From Mizuhopecten yessoensis (taxonomy: Eukaryota): a DNA stretch of 64,000 nt. Location of the stretch: positions 67,990-131,989 of the forward strand of contig NW_018403913.1 of the NCBI RefSeq assembly GCF_002113885.1. Reading direction: 5' to 3'. Every line of letters begins with the position of its first letter. Position 1 is the stretch's first letter. Positions 52,201 to 64,000 of this stretch are shown piece by piece. The notes beneath the pieces are model-generated. The model saw only the letters and a program-made list of their open reading frames with translations, did no database searches and had not been told where the DNA came from. The position numbers were made by a program, and so were the translations under genes.

Positions 52201-55200
52201 TAACCAATGATATATAGTACCTAATCTAGCCCGAATGTCTAGTACAACACATTAATATATATGCCTTGAGTATTTCTGACGGTCTACACTTCTTTAGGAA
52301 ATACTAAATTCCCTAGTCAGGTTTTTAACTATAAAAGCACATTTCTCACTCTGGTGATCAACTACATGCACACTAGTTATATAGCATTAGACTATACTTA
52401 TAATAAAAACCCTTATTTAATAAGCATTTAATATACACTCTCGTAAATACTCGCATCAACTTCCAGGTAACTTCATCCGGACACACAGTCCTCCACAATA
52501 TTTTAGCACACAGCCTCATGGACACAGTCCACACAAACACAGGGCACACTGTCTCACAAAACAGCTTCGAAGCACACAGCTTGGAATTCATATATACAAG
52601 CACACAGCTTGGAATTTATATATACAGGCACACAGCCATCATTAGCGCCCAGCTAATACATATTGGCAATGGAATTGGAGTTCAGGCACACAGCCCTCCC
52701 AACACCCAGCTATCCATGTAGAGATACAGGCACACAGCCATCATTAGCACCCAGCTAATACATTGTATAGTTGAGCCCTAGACCACAACCTTCACTGTCA
52801 AAGTTATGTCCGGTACTACCCCAATCTACATTGGGTACCTTGTAAAATACCTGGTTATTGCATGCCTAGCATGTGTTCCTCACCTTACCTGAGTTACCTG
52901 AGACACCTACAGTCCCAACACTGGCCAAATCAGTTTTCCAACTCCTGGGTGACAGCACGTGCCCTACACATGCATGAATGAACTGTCACGGTTGAGTAAC
53001 CTCAATAGTACACACTATAGTAAACACTGTAGTAAGGAGTATTTTGACACCAACTGTGAGTAAATTTGTGTAACTATTTTTATGTGTGAACAAAATGAAA
53101 AATTCTTCGTACATAAGGTAGATATATTTTTGAAGCTAATAAAAGTAGTAGTTTAGAGTAAAAATGAATTCTTATTAACTAGTTATGATCATGTATACTC
53201 TACTGTAATATATGATTCGCAAATAATCCATCAATTTTATTCATATCAATAAAAGCTTATTGTTGTTGATGATGATTGAGAATGATATGAAAACTGGGGA
53301 NNNNNNNNNNNNNNNNNNNNNNNNNNNNNNNNNNNNNNNNNNNNNNNNNNNNNNNNNNNNNNNNNNNNNNNNNNNNNNNNNNNNNNNNNNNNNNNNNNNN
53401 NNNNNNNNNNNNNNNNNNNNNNNNNNNNNNNNNNNNNNNNNNNNNNNNNNNNNNNNNNNNNNNNNNNTATTAAGTCACTATTGCTTTCTTAAATACAGTA
53501 GTGTGAAGTTTATATGACGCAAAGTGATAATCAATTTTCAATTTGCATTGATCTTTCCGTAAGATAAATTCACCGGAAAACTTTTCAATCGTAAACGTAT
53601 ACCCATGTCTAAGTAAATGGTATGTACGACTCTTATGTTTGGTATCAACATGGGGTACTATGACGTCACATAATAGTTCGCTGTAGCGACGTCCGCTATA
53701 TGCGTACCCGCCATAGCGATATCACATCAATAGAAATACATAATTATGGTCTTAAGGTAAAGAGTACTATTTGTTTAGGATTTAGAATTACTATAAATAA
53801 TATTATTTTTAAAAAAAATCTCTGTGCGGAGCAAATTCGGGACCATCACATTACTGATCCAAAATACTATAAATTTCAGAACAATTGTTACAAATCAATG
53901 CGTAAATTACATTACTAGACTTACAATTCATATGTTTTTTAACCTTAAAGTTAAAACCATTTTTTAACTTAACATCACTTCCTTCTATAATAAGGTTACC
54001 ATTATGAGGTGTATTACATTTTGATACACATGCATTAAGATGATTACTTTCAAACCTTGATCTAGTTAGATTACATTTAAGATTTTCAGGTTGTCTTTTC
54101 CTGTTTATTAAAGCACAACGATCCAAAACTTTTTTCCTACGTTCGCTGCTTCCTTCAAATCTTCACATCTGTTTCGGATTACTGGAAATATGTTGAAATT
54201 ACTAGGGTTGAAAGTTGAAACAAATGACATTATAGGCATATTATCTACAACACGAGTGCGGGCTGTAAAAGGTGCCTTTTAAATTGCCATACTTTTACCT
54301 TTTTCAACAATACTCTCAGGATATCCTTGAGATTTCAAAAATGTAGAAAGTTCATCAAGCCTTTTCTTCTTTGTAATCTTATTTCTCACTATAGAAACGA
54401 TACGCAGCGCTAAATTGAAAGGAATATTTACTTTAGCATGCTTAGAATGGTTTGAGTAAAAATTCAGATAATAATGAAAATCTGTAGGTTTTGTATATAA
54501 ATCAGTAGAAACAGTATTGTTTTTCAAAATGACAAGCACCTCCAAAAAGGGTAACGAAGACTCCCTCACTTCCATAGTATAACGAATAGAAGGGTGCAAA
54601 GAATTAAGATCACTAAATAACTCATCTACACACAAGTCAACTGGCCATATGATGATCTACTTCAAATAAACAGTCTGAAGAATATCCTTGACGAGATGAA
54701 AGTAATTATGACTCGCTGTTGAGAATTTTTCTTTTTATATTATATATATATTCATATAAAGAAAACATTGAGAAGTCCTTGTGTTGGAATTAAATATAAA
54801 AAATAGAACAAAAGACAGAGATAGCGTCTCTAGGCCTTTCTCGGGTTGATTCCCCGTTCATCAGGAGACTGATATTTATATATATATATAATATACATAT
54901 TTATATATATATATAATTACAGCATACAAACACTTAACCGTTGTTCGTACATATCATGCAAGTGCCTGTTTTAAAATGTTTTTGTTTCATCTTTTATTAA
55001 TCAAGGAACAATACCGACGGTTTCTGCAAGGGAAGTTTCACGAACAGCTTGCGTTGTGGTCGAACCACTGTCTTGCGTACAATCCTACACCATCAATGTC
55101 AAGAATTGTGGCAAATACCGTGTCTATTATCTTGGCCATACTGAAGGATCCGACCAAGGCTATTGTTTCGGTAAGTGATCTAAAGAATAGTCAATTAGTT

Positions 55201-58200
55201 CGCTAACAGTTGTGAATGCATTAAAAACAATTTTCAATCTTATGAATGATATATAAGTATGGTTTATTTATTCATACCTAGTTTCTTTCTTTTTAGGTGA
55301 GGGAGAGTCAGGTAAGAACATCTTCTCTAGATTAATCACTATAATTTCCTCAACTTAGGTACTGATAAGTTAGGTGGCCTAAGCTATCTGATCTTACGAT
55401 TTGGTAAGCTCAAGTTCAATATATCGTTTGCTTGCTTGTTCTTTCGTTCGTAAATGCTTCTATCGTTTTCCTATTTCCAATCATTCACATCATTTATTCG
55501 TCCTTTGTTTATTTATTTCAATTCATTAAAACAATAATAAAAGTTCTTTTTCAATCAAAGGGGTTTTCCATATTACTAAGGCATGAACGTGAATGAAGAT
55601 TCCAAAGGAAACACTTAAATAGGAAGATGGATAAAAAATGTTTTGTTTTCCATTCGATCCGGTTGTACTTATTACAGTCCATTTCAGAACCGACACTGTG
55701 GAAATTAGGATAAAGCCAAATAAAATAAATAAAACAATGGATGCGATTTACTCAGTGACGTCAGTTTTTTATAATCTTGCCACAAAATTCTTCATGATAA
55801 TATACAAAACTGTAGTTTGATACTCTTTTGGAACGATTCATGTTGAAAAATTGACTAGAAACAATATTTTCTTTGCGATTTTAATCAGTAATAAATAAAT
55901 CCTTTACTGTACAACCATATAGTGTCCTAATGTGGGAGGAAATCGGAGTACCCGAAGAAAATACCCACGTGGTAGGGCAAGTTATCCCATATCTTTACAC
56001 ATCCGATCGGGGAATCGAACCTCGACAGCTTTGGTGAAAGGTGAGTGCGTTATCCACGGCGCCACCTGACCACCAATATATATATATTAGTGCATCTAAT
56101 ATACTGCAAATAATTGATATATATATATAGAAATATTCAATTTAAAATATTTAAACTAATTATTCATAACATTTTGCTTATGTTTGGTTTGTCTATTACT
56201 CTTACTTAACTTTCAGTGACAAATAATATTGGTATTCTCTATGTCGATTTTTATCGATTCAATTAGCTTTACGTTCCCTGTTTCATCAATTGTTGTTTCA
56301 AATATTTGATAGCTACTATAGAAAGTTCAGTCATACCTTATTCTGTTGATTCCTGTGTGTTATTTTGCACATAAATATTTTTTATATGATGATATGTCAT
56401 ATTTACATAATCAGTACCTGCTCCATTCCATGTTTTACCTTTCATATGATTAATCTGTGAATATATATTTTTTTTTGCTTAACACAGGGGTCAAAATAAT
56501 CATGCAGCCAATAAAGTTGTCAAAGCATCTTTTGACATTTGCAATTTTCTGTCCCAAGTATAAATAAGTTGTATGCTGATTTCGTTTGAAATATCGTCAG
56601 CGCGGATAATCCACGTTTTATCTCGTAATCTTCCAATTACTAATATCTTTCCTTTGAAATGCGAGGGGTATTTCTTGTACCCACACGTGAATATTTTTCT
56701 TCAATTCATAGTTGCCTCAATTAATAAGTGTTTTTCCCATTTCCATCACATACAAATTTGCCTTCTTAAAAAAAAAGAAAAAAAAAGAAAAGTAAATATA
56801 CTTTTTTTCATGTGTTATCAGATATGATGGTGCTAACCTTATAATCTGGTTGAACTTTGCACATAATAGGCGCTCTATGGCAGCGTTGCGTCCATGAATG
56901 TATTATCTGATAAATTAAAAAACATGATAGGTATCCGATTTGATTTGAAAAAAAAATCCTCCGCATCCATTTGATAATTCATCACCGTAGTTTAAAGTTT
57001 AAAGCTGACAGCGCAAGTCAAAAAGCTTTCAATTGGGGTTTTTTTTTCAATTTTTTTCTTGTTTTGAGATCTTTCCCGTCTCTTCCGACTATCGTTTCTA
57101 AAGAAGTGCCGACATTTTAGTTTGTCCTTGCTTGGTAACGAATATGGGTCTCGCTGCTTATAAAATGCGCATAACCTGTCAAACCGGTTATCATTCTACA
57201 ACTGACCGTCTTGCAATTCAATGCATCGCGCACACTGTCGGCAACCGATATCGAAAATGAAACGCACTCACCTGAATACTTTAAAACACTGCCGCGCTGG
57301 TTGTTAATTATGGCACATTCTCGAAAATTGTGTATCTAAAATAAAAGGTATATTACTGAAAATACTTCTATAAATCCCATATATAGCATCGGTCTTTCAC
57401 GTGCATAGAACTGCACCAACACACGAAAACTTTATTATGAACTCCTAGTCTTCATCGTGTAGACGCTTTCCAAGCAAAACAAGTGCGAAATGAAACACTC
57501 CCCGGTGTGTAGTCAACAATGTGAAATTTGATAATTGAAACGTTCTCATGGAAATGATTGGAATTAGTATTGGTTTAAACTTTGTTTTATTCAAATTTTG
57601 TTTGACAATACATCGAAATACATGTTTTATAAAACAGAAAAGGAAACAAAAACAAGTGTTGTGACACTTATGTAAATTTGTTACCTGCTTAGTAATCAGC
57701 TTTTCAACGCATAGCTACAAGAATGAAGTAATATGTACAATAGAAGATTACAGGAATAGGGGAGGGGGTAATGGATTGGTATGCAGTGGAAACCAGGAAT
57801 GAATAACATATCAATATACATATGATCATCAGATGGTAATATCATATTGCTCTATTGCAATGAGTATGTGGAACACGATTCTGTAAAATATAACTATGGA
57901 ATAGTAGATGATAATGTCAGCAGTCCTGTAAATGGACGCTCGAAAAAGGTTAAAATGTATATACAAGTTACATAGAATAAATCACCATTAAATCAACTAT
58001 TGACAAAATTAGTATGTCACAAAGCACCGCCATGATTATTAAAAACGTTGCAGTTCACATACTAGCCATCACACTTATCAAATATACACTTTCCCGCCTC
58101 GTCCCTGGCTCGTCCTGCTCTTTCAAGGTAACACATCACTTTATCAAACAATCATAATCATGGCGAGATAGTGACATAATATGGTATAAAGAAATGCAAT

Positions 58201-61200
58201 GGCAAAATCACTGAATAAGCATATAAATCCAAATACATTTTAAAACATAGTAGTAAAACGAATGCAACACAACATACATATATATATATATATATATATA
58301 TGTCAAAATGAAATTGTTAAGGACTATTCGTTTATTTGAAATCTTTTAGTTTTGAGTATATAATTTTGGACGGCTAGAAAAATCGCAGTGTTTTCTTGAT
58401 GGGTTAGAGTGTCATCACTAAAGATTAAAAGATTAGTTGATAGTTGATACGGCAAACTCCGAATATGAAGCTGTCTAAGTGATGTATATTTATTACATTT
58501 TAGCAAATAATGTGTTGAGTTCTCAATGGCACCGCAGGAACAATTCGGGGATGGTATGACGTTTTTCGTAAACAAGTGTTCTTTTAGGGAGCTACATGAC
58601 ATTCGCAGTCTTGCGTGGTAGATTTGACCCAGACGTGAACCCTGAAAGTAGTATGAAAGTGGACATGGTTTACTATTAGATTTCAGAAAGGCTTTTAAAT
58701 GGGAAATGGAAGGGTTATTTCTAACATGTAATGGAAGAGAATTCCAATTGTTTACAGTAGAAGGAAGAAATGCATTTAGATAAATATTTGTTTTACAAAG
58801 AATAGGTGACAGACATGATGGGTCAGAAAGTCTGGTATTATAACTATGAACATCACTAACTGAATTGGGTAAGAGATCATACAGATACTCTGGAGTATTT
58901 TGATAAAACATTTTATGGAATTGTAACAATTTATTATTAAGTCTACAGTTTATTAATGTATTCGCTCCTACTTCTGTATATAGTTTGTCTAAGCTTACAA
59001 GTTTAGTAGCACCTGAAACAATTCTAGCAGCTTCCAAATTAACATTCTCTAGTTTAGAAATATATTCTTTGGGAATGCTATCCCAGACACTATCAGCATA
59101 TTCTACAAGTGGTCTAATAAACGAAAAATATATATTTTGTAATGTTTGCCTGTCGAGTTTAAATTTTAGAGATCGCATAATATTTAATCTAGACGTTGCT
59201 TTCTGAATTATTTGTTTAACATGTTCAACCCAACTGCAATTATTTGAAAAAAGAACTCCAAGATGTTTATGCAACAGTACTTCTGATATTTCTTCATTGC
59301 ACATATGTAAGATTGGATGTGGTTGACTGTTTCTTTTTCTACTAAGGGTCATGCTTTCCGGTTTTTTAGGATTGAAATCAACTAACCAAGATTTGGACCA
59401 TTCAGTAATTTTTTGTAGATCAGACTCCATAACGTTGTTTGTTTCTAAGTGGTTTTCAACTATCATGTACAGAGTAGTATCATCAGCAAATAATTTCATA
59501 GAAGATTTGATATCGTTGACTATGTCATTAATATAGATTAAAAACAACAAAGGTCCAAGTATTGAACCCTGTGGAACTCCAGCCTTAACTCCTGCCCAAT
59601 CAGAGTGAATATTATTGATTATAAGTTTTTGTTTTCTATTCGTTAAGTAGCTTTCGAACCATTTTAACAGCGATCCAGTTATTCCATTTTTTTTGATAAT
59701 TTATACAACAGCCTCTTGTGCCAAACCCTATCAAATGCTTTGCTGATGTCACAAAATACTACTCTTATTTCTTTACCTGAATCTAATGCCTTAATAAAAT
59801 CGTTGGAAATACTTAATAATTGGTTAATAGAGGAATCGCCTGGTGTAAAACCTGATTGATATTTTGTTATTACTTTCAATTCAAGAAGAAAATTATGAAC
59901 ATGTTTATAAACGCACCTCTCGAACACTTTACCAATTATACTTAAAAGTGAAATTGGTCGATAGTTTTTAACATCATTACGGCTATCTTTTTTATATATA
60001 TGGTAAAACATTTGCTTCTTTCCACGATGATGGAAATATTCCTTGTGATAAGGATTTATTAAAAAATATAGATAGTGGTTCAGCAAGCTTCCTTGAGCAC
60101 ATTGGGACTAATAAGATCTGGTCCTACAGCTTTACCATTTTTCAAATTGAGTAAGGCATCCTTAACATCAGTACATGATATATTTATATTACTCAGACAT
60201 ATACGATTAGGGAATTATATTAGTGGAGGAAGCATAACCATTGAATCATCCACAACGGATTGACTTGAAAAGTATAAATTAAAAACATTAGCTTTATCAA
60301 CATCAGTTTCGTAATAGACATTATCATGAAAGATCGTTGGTATTTCTCCACATTTACCACTATTGTTCATGAAGAGTTTTACAGTTAACCACCATGACTT
60401 GTTGCATTGTCTTAAATCAGATAATTTTGATGACAAACCGTCCAAATAAGATTCTGTAGATTGTCTAATGGCATTTACACACTTGTTACGGGTTTATCTG
60501 AAAATAGACCAGTCAGATTGGCTATCAGTAAGTTTAGCCTTATTGTGATTTATTTTACGTTTTGATATTAATTTTCTGATTGTTTTGTTCATCCATGGAT
60601 GATCACGTTTTCTCATAATGACCGTTTTGTTAGGGATAGCCGAAGAAGAAGCGGAATCGATGAAGTCAGTTAGACGCTTGCATGCTAGATCGATATTAGC
60701 ATCATATACTTGAGGCCAATCCGACATTTCTTATAGTTCTCTTAGTTTGTCAAAATTTCCATGCTTATAAAGCCAAATTTTCCTTCGGTACGAGTCGGTT
60801 GAATGTTGAACAATATTAAGATTTGTATAGATGGGACAATGGTATCTTACTGGTTGGTCAAGGAACAATTTCCCTACATAAGACCGATCTATTATAAAAT
60901 CGTTATTTACCAATATAACGTCTATTAAGGATGTCGAATGTTCAGTATAATGCGTACATTCAGTAATTAACTGCGTAAGTCCGTAAGTGTACATTATGTT
61001 ATCAAAATAGTTAAAATTATGACTGCGTTGCAATAAATGTACGTTAAAATCACCAGTTATAAAAACATTTCCAATACTAGAGTTAATTGCCTTACCAATG
61101 GATTCCTCAAATTTGGTCCATACAGTTATGTTAGAATTTGGGGGTCTATAGAAAGTACCAAAAAGAAATATTTGACCTTTGGATGCTATTTCAACCTAAA

Positions 61201-63142
61201 CACATTCGACATCGTCAACTTCAATATCGGACCTTCTTTTGACAAAAAGATTGGCTGCTACATAAACAGCAACACCCCCTCCAACGGCGTCATTACGATA
61301 GTAACAAAAAGGACTGTGAAAACCAGAAATATCCAAGGACGAATCAATATCAGAGTCAGAAAGCCAAGTTTCGGTAAATGCTAAAATACTATGCTCATAA
61401 AGTTCGGTGTACAGAACATCTAGTTTTGGAATTAGTATTGTTTTCACACAGGAAGTTATTTAAGCATTGAACTAGCGTGCATTATGATTTGTTTGCTTGC
61501 AAAGCTGTGTCATTCAAATAGATCATAAATACCATAAAAAAACCCAGTTCAATACTTATATTTACGTTTTCTCTGCCTTTTATGTTCTTACAATTTATAT
61601 TTAAAATTCCCGCCTTATCGACAGTCCACACAAATTCGTTCAATAGTTGGAACAGCGTGTTGTCGCGTGCTGATTGGCAAACAAACTAGTACTTTGAAAT
61701 TTTAACAAACAATTCAATTTTATTCCACAATTCAGTATCAACACAATTGCGTAGGATATGTCTATAGGGTGATTTAAGTTTTTCAATAGAAATCTGAGCT
61801 GAAAGTTGGATAAGAAACTGTTTCGATTTTCCCCCGGAATAAATTTCGCGCATGGATAAATACAGTGAACACCGTGAATCCGTGAATCCGACCTTGCCCT
61901 CCACGATGGAGTTATTTTTAGAAGGTGAATGAGTAGAGAGAAAGGTTGGAATTTGTGAAGAATCCAGGCGTGAATTTATTTGTTGATTGTATGAGAACCT
62001 GACTATATGCCTTGTGTATGTATATGTGTGCTGTGACTCATATATCAGTAGGTTTGTAGCATTATGTGTCAGTAGGTCTATGTATTACAGACGTTTGTAA
62101 CGAACCCCTGTTGATCAGTTCAGTGTAACAGACGATATTTCTGATAAATTGTAAGAGTGTTAAATTTGTTTCCATTGCCGGCATTGGTTATTTCAACCGA
62201 TGTGAATTTTGTACGATATTGCAGACCTTGGTCTTGATTTGTTGTAATAAAAGGTGCTTTTTTATACGTTTTATTTTTTTGCACATTTGCAATTACATTG
62301 TCAGGTCTCACAATGCCAAGCGATATTTCAGCAGTCATCATGCTTATTTTCATTGGATATTGTAGTTCCGGTCGGTGTTGTTTTAATACGCTAAGAATTC
62401 TGTCTCGTGGTGCATGGTATTTAAAGTCCCATCAACGACACAGCTTTTAAATAGCCTATATAGTGGAAATGCCATGCAAATGTAAATATAACTAGTTGGT
62501 TATCTAAAAGGTAGGCATTAGCGTTCGTCGTATGTTGGCTTATTTCGGGGCCGTGTTTTGGGGGGAGGGGCAAAGATTGTGCATTTGATATCTTAATTGG
62601 TCGTATTTTACTACTTTTTCCACTTTTCTTAGATAAAATGATGTGTTCCCTTTCAATTTTATTCAACTGATCTGATACAAAATGTCGGTAACAAATCGTG
62701 AAAGTTGGCACTTCCTTAGAAACGATAGTCAGAAGAGATGAGGAAGTTCTCAAAACCAGATAAAAAATAAACTTTAAAAATAATATCTAAATTGAAAGCT
62801 TTTTAACTTTCACTATCAGCTTTAACATGAATTTTTTGTTCGACCAAATAATGTTCTTTTCTTTTTTTTTTTCTTTTCTATTTACCATTTTAATTTTTAG
62901 GTGAAAGGCCATCATACATCCCTCCGAAAGTTGAAGCCGTTATCGATCTTACTCCTGGTAACTCTTTGAAATCCTATACAGCTTACTGTAAATTTGAGAA
63001 GCGCGTTGAGAAGCCAGAGTTGTTTTATCAGGTCACCTGGTATATTGATGGAGTTTTCCTGACTTCGATGAAGCCAGTTCATTTCAATAACATCAATTTC
63101 ATCCTTTTGAATGAAAGCAACCTAGTTACCCTTGGAAAGAAT
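49238..63142 (+). CDS. Gene 2: von Willebrand factor D and EGF domain-containing (VWDE)-like secreted protein, 5' part only (5 exons, 222 codons in window)
   Basis: Exons 49238-49268, 49392-49604, 55006-55170, 55297-55311, 62901-63142 join in frame with GT-AG sites. Signal peptide + D8C + Ig-like exon is the N-terminal architecture of VWDE-family proteins; the vWD domain itself is not in the window. Confidence 0.8.
49392..49604 (+). CDS. Gene 2 exon 2, D8C N-half
   Basis: TGTAG acceptor; GFQHGEADPCVNY..VNDRYLKFAWYRAG..MPT..CGTKSPIWLN; GTAAAA donor. Confidence 0.92.
50440..53285 (+). mobile_element. Decayed RTE-X-like LINE interrupted near its 3' end by a ~1.37-kb insertion
   Basis: HKKG..DPNNFR, DAQFGFRP..AIDAIFAL..CFVDY, LNYSCEVWG, CTRCNSDIEYEYHF..C remnants; C-terminus resumes ~53061; AATAAA plus (TTG)n tail at 53248-53280. 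Confidence 0.85.
51696..52968. mobile_element. Solo-LTR-like insertion nested in the LINE
   Basis: Ends TGTAG...CTACA; internal GCACACAGC sub-repeats; composition differs from the host; no TSD found. Confidence 0.45.
53301..53467. other. Assembly gap
   Basis: N run. Confidence 1.
53851..54870 (-). mobile_element. Penelope-like retroelement fragment (RT thumb, start of GIY-YIG, pLTR remnant)
   Basis: LNSLHPSIRYTME..LPFLEV..TDLYTKPTD..YLNFYSNH..NIPF..L..QGYP and MNCKSSNVIYALICNNC motifs, with frameshifts. Confidence 0.9.
54826..54869 (-). ncRNA. Minimal type I hammerhead ribozyme (Penelope pLTR type)
   Basis: GUCUC-CUGAUGA-A-CGGG-GAAUCAA-CCCG-A-GAAA-GGCC-UA-GAGAC: stem I, catalytic core, stem II, palindromic minimal stem III and UH cleavage site. 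Confidence 0.85.
55006..55170 (+). CDS. Gene 2 exon 3, D8C C-half (a different frame from the listed ORF 54976-55206)
   Basis: GTIPTVSAREVSRTACVVVEPLSCVQSYTINVKNCGKYRVYYLGHTEGSDQGYCF; GTAAGT donor. Confidence 0.92.
55297..55311 (+). CDS. Gene 2 exon 4, 15-nt microexon
   Basis: TTTCTTTCTTTTTAG|GTGAGGGAGAGTCAG|GTAAGA = GEGES, phase 1-1. Confidence 0.7.
55905..56074 (-). mobile_element. tRNA-derived V-SINE
   Basis: A box TGGCGCCGTGG, B box GGTTCGATTCC, V-domain-like GTGGGTATTTTCTTCGGGTACTCCGATTTCCTCCCAC. Confidence 0.85.
57571..61480 (-). mobile_element. CR1/L2-group LINE with near-complete ORF2 (APE endonuclease, RT, C-terminal Cys motif) broken by stops and frameshifts, plus 3' UTR
   Basis: FTETWL..GGGVAVYV, SLIDVIL, NYRPISLLS, DISKAFDRVWH, GVPQGSILGP, LFADD, CSCG..HYLLKC; AATAAA..GTTTAAAC end at ~57571-57591. 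Confidence 0.95.
62901..63142 (+). CDS. Gene 2 exon 5, Ig-like domain following D8C
   Basis: Long polypyrimidine tract then TTTTTAG; GERPSYIPPKVEAVID..AYCKFEK..LFYQVTWYIDG..LGKN; GTATGT donor (phase 0). Confidence 0.85.
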
Positions 63143-64000
63143 GTATGTATTTGTTTCTATTACATAACTTAGTTTGCCCAATTGAACACTGTACAGTTTT
63201 GCTATAAAATGAAACCTTTGTTTATTATAAGATGTAACCAGATGAATGTATGCGCCCACCAATGCAAAACCATTACATAATGCTTGTACGTAAGTTCTTT
63301 CCTCTTCATACATGTCTTTTCTTATTTTGCTTGCACATTTCTTGGGATAGTAAGGAGATTGCAAATATGGTTTCTCAATATGATCTCTGAGGAGTTTGTT
63401 CAATGCTAGATTTCCCTATCCATCTTAAACATTGAACAGAGTTTCATCATTATCTCTTTGGTACTTTCCGATACATAGCTGTAACAAACTTCAAATTTAA
63501 TTTCCATACAAAATCTTAGTAGCCGTTTCTAGAGATACTCCTTGCCACATTTGCAGACACAAATAGGGACTTTTTACAAGTGTTTTGTTTGATCTCTTCA
63601 AGTTTCACTTACGTAGTTTCTGAAAAAATACGAAAACAATCTTTATTTAAAAGATCCAATAACGCTGTCTGTCTACACTGATAAGTCGTAAGACTTAAAG
63701 TTAATAAAGAACTTGAACTTGAACAATTATATTATTTTCCAACCCATCTTTACTTATGCACAAAATCTGGACCAGTGGGGTGATATACACCTAACTTTGT
63801 CACGAACCCTTATACAGTTTCTGGAAAAAGATTCATAGTTTCAAAGATGCCCTGTGGTCATTTAGCTTTTACGATCCATCGCATATTAAAACATGCACAA
63901 CTGTGGACTAATCATGTATACCGAGTTTAATCATGATTCCTTTAGGAGTTTCTTAGAAATAGCGGTATCAAAAGTTGTTCACAGACCTTGCTGGCATATT

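Noticed and set aside
54976-55206. Listed 76-aa ORF
   Set aside because: Wrong frame; the real exon 55006-55170 is read in another frame

Overview
AT-rich, repeat-dense eukaryotic genomic DNA from a draft assembly, with gaps at 33962-34096 and 53301-53467. The repeat set (V-SINE, Penelope, RTE-X-like and CR1/L2-like LINEs, hAT) and the gene families suggest an invertebrate, probably a bivalve mollusc (inference). Most ORFs in the supplied track are spurious. The real genes are spliced and were reconstructed by hand from GT-AG sites. The core of the window is a head-to-head pair of genes for secreted or cell-surface proteins with UMOD/GP2/OIT3-type D8C domains. Gene 1 (minus strand, ATG 43616 to stop 31972, 11 exons, about 460 aa) encodes a signal peptide, three D8C domains and a GPI-type tail. 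Its third domain comes from a recent ~2.2-2.4 kb intragenic tandem duplication in which one splice donor has mutated to GG. Gene 2 (plus strand, ATG 49238, continuing past the window end) is VWDE-like: signal peptide, D8C, a 15-nt microexon and an Ig-like exon. The left third carries seven minisatellite arrays and what looks like the 5' end of a minus-strand rolling-stone-like gene with several candidate alternative first exons. Notable mobile-element details are a Penelope fragment with a minimal hammerhead ribozyme, a hAT-like element whose 5-bp TSD is confirmed by a paralogous empty site in the window, and a truncated LINE flanked by a ~48-bp direct repeat. No rRNA, intact tRNA or CRISPR array was found. 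Family names come from motif recognition, not database searches.
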